From: Neolecta irregularis DAH-3 | Taxonomy: Eukaryota | Reading direction: 5' to 3' | Assembly: GCA_001929475.1 (NCBI GenBank) | Contig: LXFE01000515.1 | Location: 62,001 to 86,626 of the forward strand | Length of the DNA stretch: 24,626 nucleotides | Shown here: positions 24,362 through 24,626 of the stretch, in pieces | Position numbering within the stretch: position 1 is the first letter of the stretch | How the letters are laid out: every line of letters begins with the position of its first letter | Program-made: the position numbers and the translations under genes | Notes under the pieces: model-generated | Databases searched by the model: none | What the model saw: only the letters and a program-made list of their open reading frames with translations | Told to the model about the DNA's origin: nothing

Positions 24362-24626
24362 CCCATCAGTCTGGGTCGGCAGCGGCTGTCAGGTCTGGAA
24401 TGGAAACATGAGATTTCCTCCAACATATTCCAGGCCAGGGATCTACAACTGCAGATACCCCAGTAGACTCGCATATATTTACTGTATCGGCATGTATTTG
24501 CCTGCAAGACGCTCAAAATCCTAATATACGCGACTATCACGCGAAGCGAATATATTGGGGAACCAAACTTTTTCATCATAACCATCAGTATTGCTATATT
24601 CTTATTATGGTAACACCAACTCCCCA

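Noticed and set aside
24337-24585. 82-aa minus-strand ORF upstream of SLP1
   Set aside because: No recognisable motif, non-ATG start, and truncated context at the window edge.

Overview
Compact, intron-rich fungal nuclear DNA, probably an early-diverging ascomycete (Taphrinomycotina-like; this is inferred from gene content and intron style, not demonstrated). I reconstructed 12 spliced protein-coding genes by hand: a ZZ-zinc-finger/EF-hand protein, kynurenine 3-monooxygenase, methionine aminopeptidase 1, class II DAHP synthase, a 4xRPEL protein, a conserved Ser-rich/coiled-coil hypothetical protein, a QDE-1-type RNA-dependent RNA polymerase, DNA polymerase kappa, a Ypt35-like PX protein, a Caj1/Djp1-like DnaJ protein, mitochondrial tyrosyl-tRNA synthetase and an Slp1-like SUN protein. 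Two non-genic gaps (4.85-6.65 kb and 8.36-9.39 kb) hold a decayed, intron-bearing UPF2 pseudogene fragment and a cluster of hairpins and transposon-like relics. The most striking signal is the splicing landscape. About 53 tiny introns (32-58 nt) have very degenerate donors. At least four are best explained as GC-AG and one as GA-AG (about 9% non-GT). Several are in-frame and stop-free, and one of these interrupts the RdRP catalytic GGDYDGD motif. I found no rRNA, tRNA or CRISPR features.
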